Assembly (NCBI GenBank): GCA_009693055.1
Contig: SHYA01000006.1
Location: 24,272-88,271 of the forward strand
Source: Dehalococcoidia bacterium
GTDB taxonomy: Bacteria; Chloroflexota; Dehalococcoidia; Lucifugimonadales; SHYT01
Reading direction: 5' to 3'
DNA: 64,000 nucleotides
A program made the position numbers and the translations under genes. The notes below the pieces were generated by a model. That model ran no database searches. It was given only the letters and a program-made list of their open reading frames with translations, and was not told the origin of the DNA. Shown in pieces: positions 1 through 8,775 of this stretch (within the stretch, counting starts at the first letter, position 1; every line of letters begins with the position of its first letter).

Positions 1-75
1 GCGCTGCAAACGGTGAGACAGCGGGTGAAGGCTGAGCGAAAGGGGCCGACGGGACGCCTGGCGGGACTGTCCTAA
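1..75 (+). CDS. 3' end of an ORF entering from the left edge (ends ...GRLAGLS*); product unknown
   Basis: Frame 1 is open from the window edge to TAA at 73-75. It is too short to assign a family. Confidence 0.2.
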   Translation, partial: ALQTVRQRVKAERKGPTGRLAGLS

Positions 76-85
76 GGTCCCACGT

Positions 86-159
86 TGGCCGGTGGTGCAG
101 TGGTAGCACAGGGGACTTTGGATCCCCTAACCCTGGTTCGAATCCAGGCCGGCCAGCCA
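86..159 (+). tRNA. tRNA-Gln (anticodon TTG)
   Basis: Cloverleaf read by eye. Acceptor TGGCCGG/CCGGCCA; D stem GTGC/GCAC; anticodon stem GGGGA/TCCCC with loop CTTTGGA; T arm CCTGG-TTCGAAT-CCAGG; discriminator G; encoded CCA. Total 74 nt. Confidence 0.9.
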
Positions 160-214
160 ATCCCTTGACCAGAAGGGGTGGCCACGTTTCAAGGTCCGTA
201 TTGCCATCGTGAAT

Positions 215-856
215 CTATTCAAAGAAGCGGACTCGTCCGCCACTTAGAAGGTGAGAATACTTGCTGCGAAAATTCTCTTGATCTAATGGCAGTAGCCCAG
301 CCGCCGCTCGGACTTCATTGAAGACTTGTCGGTTTATTTCCATCCAGCCATCATGTGTCAGGCCAACTTTTTTGATCAGGTCATTAAGGCTCTGTGCCGC
401 TCGGCTGATTGCCACACGCTCAGGTCCGTCAAGGCGCGTTGTGTCCACGGCCAAGGCTGGGTTCTGTACCCACGAAGTAAACCCCTCGTATTGCAAATCC
501 GCCCTCTGTAGTATCAGATGGATCAGGGACGCGACCTCGTCGTAGGGTTGCCTAATGTTTTCAGTTGCTAGTTGGCTCACCTGTCCATGCTGCTCTTTCA
601 TCGAACGAATTATTCCGATTTTTCTTTCCAGGGCGGGAATCACGTACTGAGAGACGAGAGCGGGACTGAAGAGGGTCGCCTGCGGCCGCCCGAATGCCTC
701 ACCCGAGGGCGGCAAGGCACCCGATGCCAAGGCAAAGGCGTCGTTGTAGAATTCCATGGGAAGCTGCTGGTAGGCAAGCATCTTCTGGGGGTGCCGGATA
801 AGCAGTATTGCAGCGTCTTTTTCGGCTGTCCGTAGCGACTTAGAGAACCATGGCAT
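215..856 (-). CDS. hypothetical protein (orphan, predicted mostly helical)
   Basis: The ORF track gives 215..874 from a TTG. The ATG at 856 is preceded by GGAGGG 6 nt upstream. No family recognised. The region looks lower in G+C than its surroundings and abuts tRNA-Gln. Confidence 0.55.
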   Translation of the reverse strand: MPWFSKSLRTAEKDAAILLIRHPQKMLAYQQLPMEFYNDAFALASGALPPSGEAFGRPQATLFSPALVSQYVIPALERKIGIIRSMKEQHGQVSQLATENIRQPYDEVASLIHLILQRADLQYEGFTSWVQNPALAVDTTRLDGPERVAISRAAQSLNDLIKKVGLTHDGWMEINRQVFNEVRAAAGLLPLDQENFRSKYSHLLSGGRVRFFE

Positions 857-1064
857 CGAGAACCCTCCGGGCAACGAATGTGAGATTGCTCAGTCTTTCC
901 CCCCAGGCTCCTCAGCCGAACGGCCACAGCGGAAAGATATCTGTAGACGAAGGCCCAAGTCAAGCGTGGCCAGGCTCTACTACTACGCGAAGGCTCAGTT
1001 CAAAAGTTCTTGATTCTATACAGGCCAGCCAGACACTCCCACCAGCACCCAGGGGCGCTGCGGT

Positions 1065-1436
1065 TCAGAATTGAGTGAGCGAGAGCGTGTTCCCGTCCGG
1101 GTCCTTGAACCAGGCGACCTTCGCGCCGCCCGGCGCCGTCCATACCCCCTCCCGGTCTTGGGGCAGGGACTCGTACCGCTGAAACGTGATCCCGCGTTGA
1201 TTCAGTGCTCTCATCGTTTCACGGATGTCGGTCACTGCCCAGCACAGGACCGTGTGCTGCGCTGGCGATAGCTCTTGAACCTTTTGGAGGCGAAGCGTTA
1301 CCCCGTTGGCGTCGAACACCACGGCAAAAGGCTCGTCGGCGACTAATCGGAGCCCGAGGGCCTGTTCATAAAACGCCTTCGCGCGGTCCGAGTCGCGGGT
1401 AGCCGCGAAGGCGATGAGCTTACTCGACCTCAGCAT
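1065..1436 (-). CDS. VOC / glyoxalase-bleomycin resistance family protein
   Basis: Sequence typical of a single VOC domain (LIAFAATRDSDRAKAFYEQALGL...AWFKDPDGNTLSL). Internal ATG at 1436 with a GGAGGGG SD; the longer track ORF reaches 1499. Confidence 0.75.
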   Translation of the reverse strand: MLRSSKLIAFAATRDSDRAKAFYEQALGLRLVADEPFAVVFDANGVTLRLQKVQELSPAQHTVLCWAVTDIRETMRALNQRGITFQRYESLPQDREGVWTAPGGAKVAWFKDPDGNTLSLTQF

Positions 1437-1531
1437 CACCCCTCCCATACAGGAACATTCGTCTGGACGGCGCTGCTTTCGCTTGGAGCTTGCGGCCACT
1501 ATACTAGCTTCACTAGCTTCGGAGGTGGCGC

Positions 1532-1861
1532 GTGCTCTACTTCCTCATGGGACACCTGAGCAACGAAGGGCGGCAACGGCTGCTCGCGAACCCGGACATG
1601 TTCCTCGAGGTGTGCCGAGAGGTGAAGGTCGCTGGGACGCAGCTCCTAGCGCGGTACGCGGTCATAGGGCGGTACGACTTTATCGTGATGGCGGAGGCCA
1701 CAACTCCGGAGGCGGTTGCGCGCCTCTCGCTTGAGCTGGGGGCGAGGGCCAAGGTGCACATTGAGACGCTGCTGGCGATCTCGGTGGGCATCCTGGGCGA
1801 GCCGTCGGAGCGGGTCATCCCGGAGTTCTTGGCGGCGGCAGAGGCACCGGAAGAGCGCTAA
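1532..1861 (+). CDS. GYD domain protein
   Basis: GRYDFIVMAEA motif and ~100 aa size are typical of the GYD family. GTG start. Confidence 0.7.
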   Translation: MLYFLMGHLSNEGRQRLLANPDMFLEVCREVKVAGTQLLARYAVIGRYDFIVMAEATTPEAVARLSLELGARAKVHIETLLAISVGILGEPSERVIPEFLAAAEAPEER

Positions 1862-1872
1862 CGAGACGATCG

Positions 1873-3072
1873 TTACGGCCTTCTTCTGAAGATGGCGAAC
1901 GAGCTGGTGTACCCGTGCAGGTAGGTGGTGCCGGCAACCTGGCCAAACTCGCCGCTGCAGAAGAAGCCGCCCAGCGGGACGGAGCCCACCACGTTCCTGA
2001 ACGTATCGGAGTCGTGGTTTGGCCGGCCGTACAGGTGCATGCCGCGTCCGTTGCACTGGAACAGAAGGGCGCCCGCCGCAGTCTGGTGCGTCCCCTTGTC
2101 CGTGTAGGACAGGAGCTGGCGGTGAAGGTCCTCGGCGGAGCTGAGGGCGTCTCGAACGTGGAACTGGACGACCTGGCCCTCGCGCAGGTGCTCGCCAACC
2201 GCGATGGTGTCCTGCTCCATGTCGGCGCCCAGCAGGTTCCGGATGAGGAAGCTCCCGGCGTCGAGCTTGTCTTGTGACACCAGCGGGTCCATGGCGATGC
2301 CCAGGAAGAGGTTTGTCGCCACGAGCCCCTGGTCACGCGCGGGCAGGCCCGCGTACACCTCGCGCAGGTAGGTGAGGGGAGGCTTTCCTTCCAGCGCAAG
2401 GAGGAGGTTATCCTGGCATGCCGTGATCCGCTTTGGCTCGCCGATGGGACGGCAGCCCTGGGCTACCACGGTGTCCATGGCGATGTCCCCGGTGAGGCTC
2501 AGCCCAATGGCGCCGTCCTGGTAGCTCTGGTTTCCCAGGAAGAGGTGGTGAGCGCCCGGCCTGCGCCCTCCGCTGGCGAGGCCACCCGCCTTCGGAGCGG
2601 CAGGGAACGCGAAGTCCAGGCCGGCCGGGAACTGCTCGCCGGGCGGTGAGAAGGGGTCCATGAGGATGAGGAAGCCGGGGCGCATCTCCGGCGTCACGCC
2701 GACAAGGCGCGCCCAGGCGTCCGGCGGATCGTCGGGGGTGGGGCTGGTCTTTGCGGTGACGCGGAACGGCGTGATGCCCACGTCGGGCAGATGGGCCACG
2801 GTCAGGGCGACGGCGGGCTGACCTTCCACCTCCTGTCCGGCGCCGATGAGGCCGCCTGCCGAACAGCCGAAGACCAGCGACCTGCGGAAGCGGGTCGCCA
2901 GCGCCCCCGGTACTTGGCCGGCCGACGGCCCGTAGGCGGTGGAGACGAATACGACGACGAGGTTTGGCGGCGTATCGTTTTCCAAGCCTTGGAGGACGCG
3001 GTCGGCGCACAGGTCAAGCGCTGTAAACAGGTCCAGCCCCTCGGCGACGGCTGAGGCCCATTTCATAACCAT
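1873..3072 (-). CDS. FIST N/C domain signal-transduction protein
   Basis: 399 aa. The C-terminal GGFFCSGEFG...LHGYTSSFAIF is characteristic of FIST_C, and the N-terminal part resembles FIST_N. Confidence 0.7.
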   Translation of the reverse strand: MVMKWASAVAEGLDLFTALDLCADRVLQGLENDTPPNLVVVFVSTAYGPSAGQVPGALATRFRRSLVFGCSAGGLIGAGQEVEGQPAVALTVAHLPDVGITPFRVTAKTSPTPDDPPDAWARLVGVTPEMRPGFLILMDPFSPPGEQFPAGLDFAFPAAPKAGGLASGGRRPGAHHLFLGNQSYQDGAIGLSLTGDIAMDTVVAQGCRPIGEPKRITACQDNLLLALEGKPPLTYLREVYAGLPARDQGLVATNLFLGIAMDPLVSQDKLDAGSFLIRNLLGADMEQDTIAVGEHLREGQVVQFHVRDALSSAEDLHRQLLSYTDKGTHQTAAGALLFQCNGRGMHLYGRPNHDSDTFRNVVGSVPLGGFFCSGEFGQVAGTTYLHGYTSSFAIFRRRP

Positions 3073-3165
3073 TTTGACCTTTCTACGGGTTTCTCCTCGC
3101 GTGCCAGCGGCTAGAGAGCGGGTGCTTTTCCTCTCTCGCTAGTGTAGCGTGCCTGTAAAGGCCGG

Positions 3166-3618
3166 CTAAGAGGCGGCTCGCTTGGGGCGCCGCGCAACGG
3201 TGGAGCAGGCGGCACATGTGCCGGTGACCGTAAAGTGGTCCAGGTTGGGGGTGAAGTCAAAGGTCTGCCGCAGCCTGGTGCGGAACTCCTCCAGGTACTC
3301 AGGGCTCAGGTCAAACGTCCCGCCGCACTGCTCGCAGACCATGTGGTGGTGATGCGCACCCGCGGGGGCCATCTCGTAATGAAGCCGGTCGCCAAGGCCC
3401 ACCTCGGTAACGACGTTGAGGCGCTTGAAGAGCTGGAGCGTCCGGTACACCGTGGCGATGTCCAGGTACGGGTACGCGCGCTTGGCCTTCTGGTAAAGTG
3501 CCTCGACGCTGACATGCCCTGGAGAATCGGCGATGGTCTGGAGGACGAGCAGGCGCTGTGGCGTGAGGCGGACACCTGCCGTTCTCAGATCGTCCAGGAT
3601 GTGCTCGTGGTGCGCCAT
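3166..3618 (-). CDS. zur: Fur-family metalloregulator (probable Zur)
   Basis: Winged-helix N-terminus (LTPQRLLVLQ), an HHHHMVCEQCG motif and a C-terminal CAAC (two CxxC pairs). Last gene of the metal ABC operon. Confidence 0.75.
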   Translation of the reverse strand: MAHHEHILDDLRTAGVRLTPQRLLVLQTIADSPGHVSVEALYQKAKRAYPYLDIATVYRTLQLFKRLNVVTEVGLGDRLHYEMAPAGAHHHHMVCEQCGGTFDLSPEYLEEFRTRLRQTFDFTPNLDHFTVTGTCAACSTVARRPKRAAS

Positions 3619-3669
3619 CGTTCACCTCGGAGGTGCCCCGTTCCATGGTGCAGGGAACGGCGCGCTGCG

Positions 3670-4536
3670 TCAACCGGTGTCCGAACGAGGTGCTTGGGGC
3701 GCGGTGGGTGTGGCAGCACTCTTGCCGCGCAGCGTACGTGCGGCGACCCGGAAGGCCACCGCCGCAATGAGCAGCGCGACCGCGGACAGCACAATGACTC
3801 CGCCCGGCGAAACGTCCTGGTAGAACGAGATGGTCAGGCCGATGAAGACGCTGGCCAGGCCCACGAGGGCCGAGCCGAGGAGCGTAGTGCGGAACCCCGT
3901 CCGCATCTGCAGCGCCGCGATGGTCGGAAAGACGACGAGCGCGCCGACGAGTAAAGCCCCTGTGGCCCGCATGGCAAGCGTAACGGTAACGCCCGTGAGC
4001 ACCGCCAGCACGATGTTGACCCGCCCGACGGGAACACCACTGACCCGCGCGAGGACCGGGTCAAACGTGGACTGGACGAGCTCGGTGTAGAGGAAGCTCA
4101 CGAGCAGCATCACGCCGATTCCGAGGCTGCCGATCGTCCAGACGTCGGCTGTGCTGATGGTCGCGATGCTGCCGAACAGGTAGCCGAAGAGGTCAATGTT
4201 GAGGCCGTCGCCAAGGCTGATGAGCACGATGGCGACCGCCAGCGCGGTGTAGAGCACCAGGGCCAGCGCGCTGTCGTCCGCGAGGAGGCGTGTGGCGCGC
4301 AGCCGCTCCAGGACGAGCGCGGCGACGGCGGAGACCATGACGGCGACACCGAGCGGCGCCCAGTTCAGCAGGAGGCCGATGGCCGCGCCCATGAGCGCCA
4401 CGTGGGCCAGCGTGTCCGCGATGAGCGAAAGCCGCCGCAGCACCAGAAACGCGCCAAGAAACGGGCAGACCAGGCCAACGATGCCCCCCGCGATGAACGC
4501 GCGCACCATGAAGCTGTACTGAAAGATCTCTGGCAT
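3670..4536 (-). CDS. znuB: metal (Zn/Mn-type) ABC transporter permease, ABC-3 family
   Basis: Polytopic membrane protein resembling the ZnuB/MntB/TroCD family. ATG at 4536; the alternative TTG at 4560 is the ORF-track start. Confidence 0.75.
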   Translation of the reverse strand: MPEIFQYSFMVRAFIAGGIVGLVCPFLGAFLVLRRLSLIADTLAHVALMGAAIGLLLNWAPLGVAVMVSAVAALVLERLRATRLLADDSALALVLYTALAVAIVLISLGDGLNIDLFGYLFGSIATISTADVWTIGSLGIGVMLLVSFLYTELVQSTFDPVLARVSGVPVGRVNIVLAVLTGVTVTLAMRATGALLVGALVVFPTIAALQMRTGFRTTLLGSALVGLASVFIGLTISFYQDVSPGGVIVLSAVALLIAAVAFRVAARTLRGKSAATPTAPQAPRSDTG

Positions 4537-4540
4537 TCCT

Positions 4541-5305
4541 CTACTCGTGGCGGTGGACAACCATGTCCACGTGCGTGCCGTACAGCGCCGTAAGGGCGCC
4601 CTCGGTCAGTTCGTGCGTGGGGGCGTAGGAGTGGAGCCGCACGTTGAGGCAGGCGACCTTGGTCGCCTCGTGCAGAACCACACCCAGGTCGTGCGAGACG
4701 AGGAGCACCGTAACGCCGCGCTCCTCGCGCAGCCGGCGGATGTGGGCGTAGAACTGCTCCTGGCCGGCCTGGTCCAGTCCCGAGGTCGGCTCGTCAAGGA
4801 CGAGGAGGTCCGGGCGGCTGACCAGCGCTCGGGCCAGGAGCACGCGCTGTTGCTGACCGCCGGACAGCTCGCTCACCAGACGGTCGCGGAGGTCCCAGAT
4901 GCCGGCCTCGCGCAGCGCCTCGTCCAAGGTGCCTGACGACAGCCTCCGGAAGAAGCCGAGGGGGTCAAGCCCACGGTAGCGGCCGTGCGAGACCACCTCG
5001 CGCACCGTGATAGGGAAGCGCACCGCGAACCCGCTCACGAACTGCGGCACGTACCCGATACGGCTCCACGCGGTGAAGTGGCGCACATCCTGGCTGAACA
5101 GCGCGACGTGGCCGCGCTGGGGGCGCTCCAGGCCTAGGGCAAGCCTGACCAGTGTTGTCTTGCCGCTGCCGTTGGGGCCGATGAGCGCCACGTAATCGCC
5201 CTGGCCGATGGTGAACGTGACGCGCTCTACCGTGGGTGCCGGACCATAGGCGAAGCTTACGTCTTCAAACGCGAGGACGGGCGTTTTGGCCTGACCTAAA
5301 GACAT
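4541..5305 (-). CDS. znuC: metal ABC transporter ATP-binding protein
   Basis: Walker A GPNGSGKTT, signature LSGGQQQR, Walker B LLVLDEPTSGLD. Its start overlaps the stop of the upstream binding-protein gene. Confidence 0.85.
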   Translation of the reverse strand: MSLGQAKTPVLAFEDVSFAYGPAPTVERVTFTIGQGDYVALIGPNGSGKTTLVRLALGLERPQRGHVALFSQDVRHFTAWSRIGYVPQFVSGFAVRFPITVREVVSHGRYRGLDPLGFFRRLSSGTLDEALREAGIWDLRDRLVSELSGGQQQRVLLARALVSRPDLLVLDEPTSGLDQAGQEQFYAHIRRLREERGVTVLLVSHDLGVVLHEATKVACLNVRLHSYAPTHELTEGALTALYGTHVDMVVHRHE

Positions 5306-6312
5306 TCCAGCCCCTCCCGCAAGCGGTTGACGTTCTTGCGCATCACGCTGAAATAGTCATTACCTGCGGATATCTCCTGCTCGGTCAAGCCCTCCAAAGG
5401 ACTCAGCACCGCCACCGTGAGTCCTGCCTCCTTCGCGATGGTTGTTGCCGAATTGGCCAGGACAAACGGTTCACCGAAAACGTGGGTAGCGCCGGTCTGT
5501 TGCACCTCCTTGATCAGGGAGCGCAGCCGGTACGGACTCGTCTCTGCCTCCGGAGAGAGGCCGGAAATGGCGAGCTGTTCCAGCCCGAAGCGGCTGGCGA
5601 AATAGCTGAACGAGGCGTGGGATACGACCACGGTGCGCCGCTTGCAAGAGGCGAGGCCCAGCTCTATCTCGCGCGTCAGGGTCGCCAGGTCCGCCTGGAG
5701 GGGGGCCAGGTTGGCGCGATACGCCTCCGCGCCCGCGGGGTCGGCACGGATGAGGCCTTCGGCGACATGCTCTGCCTGCTGACCGTACAGGACGGGGTCC
5801 AGCCAAACGTGAGGGTCTAGCCCGCGCTCGCCCGCTCCAGCGCCGCCTCCGTCTCCCTCGGCTTCCCCCTCCACTAGGGCAAGTCCCGCGGAGGCATTGA
5901 TGACGAGCGGGCCGTTCGGCGGCAATCCAGAGAGGATGCGGTTAGCCCACGGCTCAAAGCCCGCGCCGTTATACAGAAAAAGGGCGGCGTTGAGGACGGC
6001 AGCGATGTCCTCGAAAGAGGGCTCCCAGTCGTGGGGCTCCGCGCCCGGGGGCACCAAGGTGATGGCCTGGACGCGGTCCGCGCCGATGCGCTTTGCGAGG
6101 TACTCCAGCGGATAGATGGTCGCGACGACGCTCAGTGCTTCTGAGCCGGCGTTGCGCTGGGGGGCTTCCTGGGCCTGCTCTCTGACAGGCCCGCCACCGC
6201 AGGCGACCGACAGCGCGGCCAGGACCCCGAGCAGGGGTGCGAGGGTGAGACGCTGTTTTCCAGACCCCTTGATGATACTCAGTCTCACTGTTGAGTCTCC
6301 TTGGTGAGGCAT
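5296..6312 (-). CDS. znuA: metal-binding lipoprotein, ZnuA/TroA (cluster A-I) family
   Basis: Lipobox LSVACGG, an acidic/Gly-rich loop (EGEAEGDGGGAGAGERG) followed by LDPHVWLDP, which is typical of ZnuA/MntC-type SBPs. ATG at 6312 chosen over the track start at 6408. The metal specificity cannot be decided from sequence. Confidence 0.75.
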   Translation of the reverse strand: MPHQGDSTVRLSIIKGSGKQRLTLAPLLGVLAALSVACGGGPVREQAQEAPQRNAGSEALSVVATIYPLEYLAKRIGADRVQAITLVPPGAEPHDWEPSFEDIAAVLNAALFLYNGAGFEPWANRILSGLPPNGPLVINASAGLALVEGEAEGDGGGAGAGERGLDPHVWLDPVLYGQQAEHVAEGLIRADPAGAEAYRANLAPLQADLATLTREIELGLASCKRRTVVVSHASFSYFASRFGLEQLAISGLSPEAETSPYRLRSLIKEVQQTGATHVFGEPFVLANSATTIAKEAGLTVAVLSPLEGLTEQEISAGNDYFSVMRKNVNRLREGLECL

Positions 6313-6326
6313 CAGGTGCTCAGGCC

Positions 6327-6833
6327 TTATGCCGGCTGTGCCCGCCGAGCGGCGCCGGCGGTGGGCGCGGGGCGCGTCCCGCGCTGGCCCACCGTGCTTG
6401 CGCGGCACGCGGCGCAGACCACGTACACCTCCAGCCGGTGGCCCAGCAGGTCGCTCTGCGCGGCGGCTGCCAGCTTGCGGACCAGCTTGTCCAGGTCGCA
6501 GCCGCGGAAGTCCTCAATGGTGCCGCAGCGCACGCAGACGGCGTGGTGGTGGTGCCCCGGGCGGGACAAGGCGTAGCGGGGCGTCGCGTCGCCCATGGCG
6601 AGCTTGCACACCAGCCCTTCGCGCAGCAACAGCCGCACGGTGCGGTACACGGTGGCGCGTCCGACGGGGCGCACGTCCCGGCACAGCTCCTCAATGGTGA
6701 ATCCGCCAGAGCGTGAGGCGAGGGAGCGCAGGACGGCGCCACGCGCCCGTGTAGCGCGGGCGCCTGCGTCCGACAGCCGCTGGAGGAGCTGGTCTCCCAG
6801 CTTGGCGTTCAGTCTTATGAGACTTTGTCTCAT
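6327..6833 (-). CDS. second Fur-family transcriptional regulator
   Basis: Contains RATVYRTVRLL, HHHHAVCVRCG and VVCAAC motifs. First gene of the metal ABC operon. Confidence 0.7.
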   Translation of the reverse strand: MRQSLIRLNAKLGDQLLQRLSDAGARATRARGAVLRSLASRSGGFTIEELCRDVRPVGRATVYRTVRLLLREGLVCKLAMGDATPRYALSRPGHHHHAVCVRCGTIEDFRGCDLDKLVRKLAAAAQSDLLGHRLEVYVVCAACRASTVGQRGTRPAPTAGAARRAQPA

Positions 6834-6944
6834 TTAAGTCCTTCAAGAAAAAGGCCACTTGGCCTCTCTGCCACGAACCGTATCATGCGATGCGAAGGGG
6901 TGTCAACTGAAGGGAGGTAGGGTACAATCAAGTGGTTCCCGCGT

Positions 6945-7021
6945 GGCGCATTCGTCTAGTGGCCAAGGACGCGTCCCTCTCAAGGACGAGATCAGGGGTT
7001 CGAATCCCCTATGCGCCACCA
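6945..7021 (+). tRNA. tRNA-Glu (anticodon CTC)
   Basis: Acceptor GGCGCAT/ATGCGCC; anticodon stem CGTCC/GGACG with loop CTCTCAA; T arm AGGGG-TTCGAAT-CCCCT; discriminator A; encoded CCA. Total 77 nt. Confidence 0.9.
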
Positions 7022-7203
7022 TTATGCACAAAAGATAAAACGTTTTCGGCCACGTTCGCCCTCGTCTATTGACCTCTGAGCACGGGTTGGCCTCTGCGGA
7101 GAGTTCGAACTTTCTTCGGCTGGCCAGTCTGGTTAGCAGTCGGCTCCGACGCCAACCGGCGAACAAACACCAATGCGGCCTATCCCCAATGATAGGTAGG
7201 AAG

Positions 7204-7617
7204 ATGAAGAGCCAACCAAAGGCAGCAGGCAAGGCGGCCTCCAAACTAATCAGCGGAAGGATTGCCGAGTTGGGTGACTGGAGAGGCGATACACTAACAA
7301 GGATGCGCGCCCTCATCAGGGAGGCCGACCCTGATGTTGTGGAAGAGTGGAAGTGGATGGGGACCCCGATATGGTCCCATGACGGGGAAATCTGCACGGG
7401 AGAGTCGTACAAGTCGATAGCGAAGCTGACCTTCTTTAAGGGCGCTTCCTTGAAAGGTACTGCTAAGCTTTTCAACTCGAGCCTTGACGGGAACGCAAGG
7501 CACGCCATCGACATTCACGAGGGTGAGGAGATTGACGCGAATGCGTTCAAGGCACTCATCCGCGCGGCCGTCGCCCTCAATACTTCTGGCGGAAAGAAGT
7601 CCACGAAACGCAAGTGA
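7204..7617 (+). CDS. DUF1801 (YdhG-like) domain protein
   Basis: The sequence (LRALIREADPDVVEEWKWMGTPIWSHDGEI...KLTFFKGASL) matches my recollection of the DUF1801 family. ATG at 7204 with an AGGTAGGA SD. The segment looks lower in G+C. Confidence 0.65.
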   Translation: MKSQPKAAGKAASKLISGRIAELGDWRGDTLTRMRALIREADPDVVEEWKWMGTPIWSHDGEICTGESYKSIAKLTFFKGASLKGTAKLFNSSLDGNARHAIDIHEGEEIDANAFKALIRAAVALNTSGGKKSTKRK

Positions 7618-7753
7618 GCATTCTAGGGAATCCCACCCCTGAACATGTCCGACATCGGGGCCGCAGAAGTGTCGTTCCTGCCCGGGGTTCCAAGGCTGAA
7701 GATCGCCGCTCGGTTAGGCTACGTCTGCACCCAGCTTTACGTGCTCCACGCAG

Positions 7754-8665
7754 CTAGGACGGCTGCAACCGCATCGCTGCTGCGCGGGCGGCCGCGAGAA
7801 TCCGGGCGACGTAGCCAGGCCGGCGCCGCACCGTCGGCCGCTCACCAAGCGGAGAGCGCAGCCACAAGAGCGCGACCTCGTGGTCGGACAGGCCGGCGTC
7901 CATGAACTTGTTCACCGCGAACCAGTCCGCCTCCGTGCGGGAGGTGAACCCCTGGGACGTGGGGTCGCCGAGCACAGCCTGGAGGCGCATGAACTGGTTG
8001 GAGTGGAGCACTTGCAACGCCTTCTGCAAGGCGGCCTCCTCAAGCTCCGCCGTGTCCCCGTTCGGCGGCAGCGCTGGGAAAGCTGCGGACGAGCGGAACG
8101 GCTCAATCGGCACGCCAAACCGCTCAAGGAGGCCCGTCAGCCACGCCTGGAGGTCGTCAACCGGAAGAGGGGGCTTGCTGTTCAACGCCTGGTACGGCCG
8201 TCCCGCCAGTGTGGACCCCGGCGCTACCACGTAGCCCCCAAGCCCGTGCAGAGAGCCGATCGCCGCGCCGTTTCGCGTGCTGAGGGTGCAGCCCGGCTCC
8301 GCGCCGTCCTCCTCCTGAACGTAGAGGTGCACGCCGTTGCGTCCAGGTGAGGCGACCATGAAGAGCGTTGTGAGCAGGTGGGCGTCTTTCGCCAGGCGCT
8401 CCGCGAGCTGGGCGTTGTTGATGTTGACCACCGTGACGGGGCCGCAGGCGACCCCCCAGTTGGCGTCCGGCCATTGCGAGCGCCAGGTGTCTAGCTGCCT
8501 TGGGTCGTTGCTGGCGTCCTTAACACCCTGTGCGGAGAGGGGGGCTTTGCCGGCATCGTTTGGCGCGTGCCCACTGCCGCAAGCGCAGCCGCCGCGGGCG
8601 TCCGTCCAGCACAGGGGGAGCGTGCGCCACCCCTGGCCAAGAACCCAGTGTCCTGCACAGGCCAT
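7754..8665 (-). CDS. bifunctional DNA primase/polymerase (PrimPol) N-terminal domain-like protein, probably catalytically inactive
   Basis: Family-like pattern: GW..LPL...C.C......AGKAPL..GVKDASNDP.QL..W....PDANWGVA.G, then GVHLYV. The position where the family has (L/V)(D)(V/I)(D) reads VVNINN. Good SD (GGAGGGG) before the ATG at 8665. Confidence 0.6.
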   Translation of the reverse strand: MACAGHWVLGQGWRTLPLCWTDARGGCACGSGHAPNDAGKAPLSAQGVKDASNDPRQLDTWRSQWPDANWGVACGPVTVVNINNAQLAERLAKDAHLLTTLFMVASPGRNGVHLYVQEEDGAEPGCTLSTRNGAAIGSLHGLGGYVVAPGSTLAGRPYQALNSKPPLPVDDLQAWLTGLLERFGVPIEPFRSSAAFPALPPNGDTAELEEAALQKALQVLHSNQFMRLQAVLGDPTSQGFTSRTEADWFAVNKFMDAGLSDHEVALLWLRSPLGERPTVRRRPGYVARILAAARAAAMRLQPS

Positions 8666-8775
8666 TGCCCCTCCACACCCGCGAAGAAGTTGCTACGAAA
8701 GATGTGTGTGACCGACAGTTCGCCCCCGACAGTTCCCGCTGCCGGGGGCGAACGTGAAGACTGCTGAACAGTAGC

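Noticed and set aside
7022-8775. Intact integrative element at tRNA-Glu with att repeats
   Set aside because: No integrase or recombinase gene is present. No direct repeat of the tRNA-Glu 3' end (GGTTCGAATCCCCTATGCGCC) was found downstream. Only a remnant interpretation is retained.
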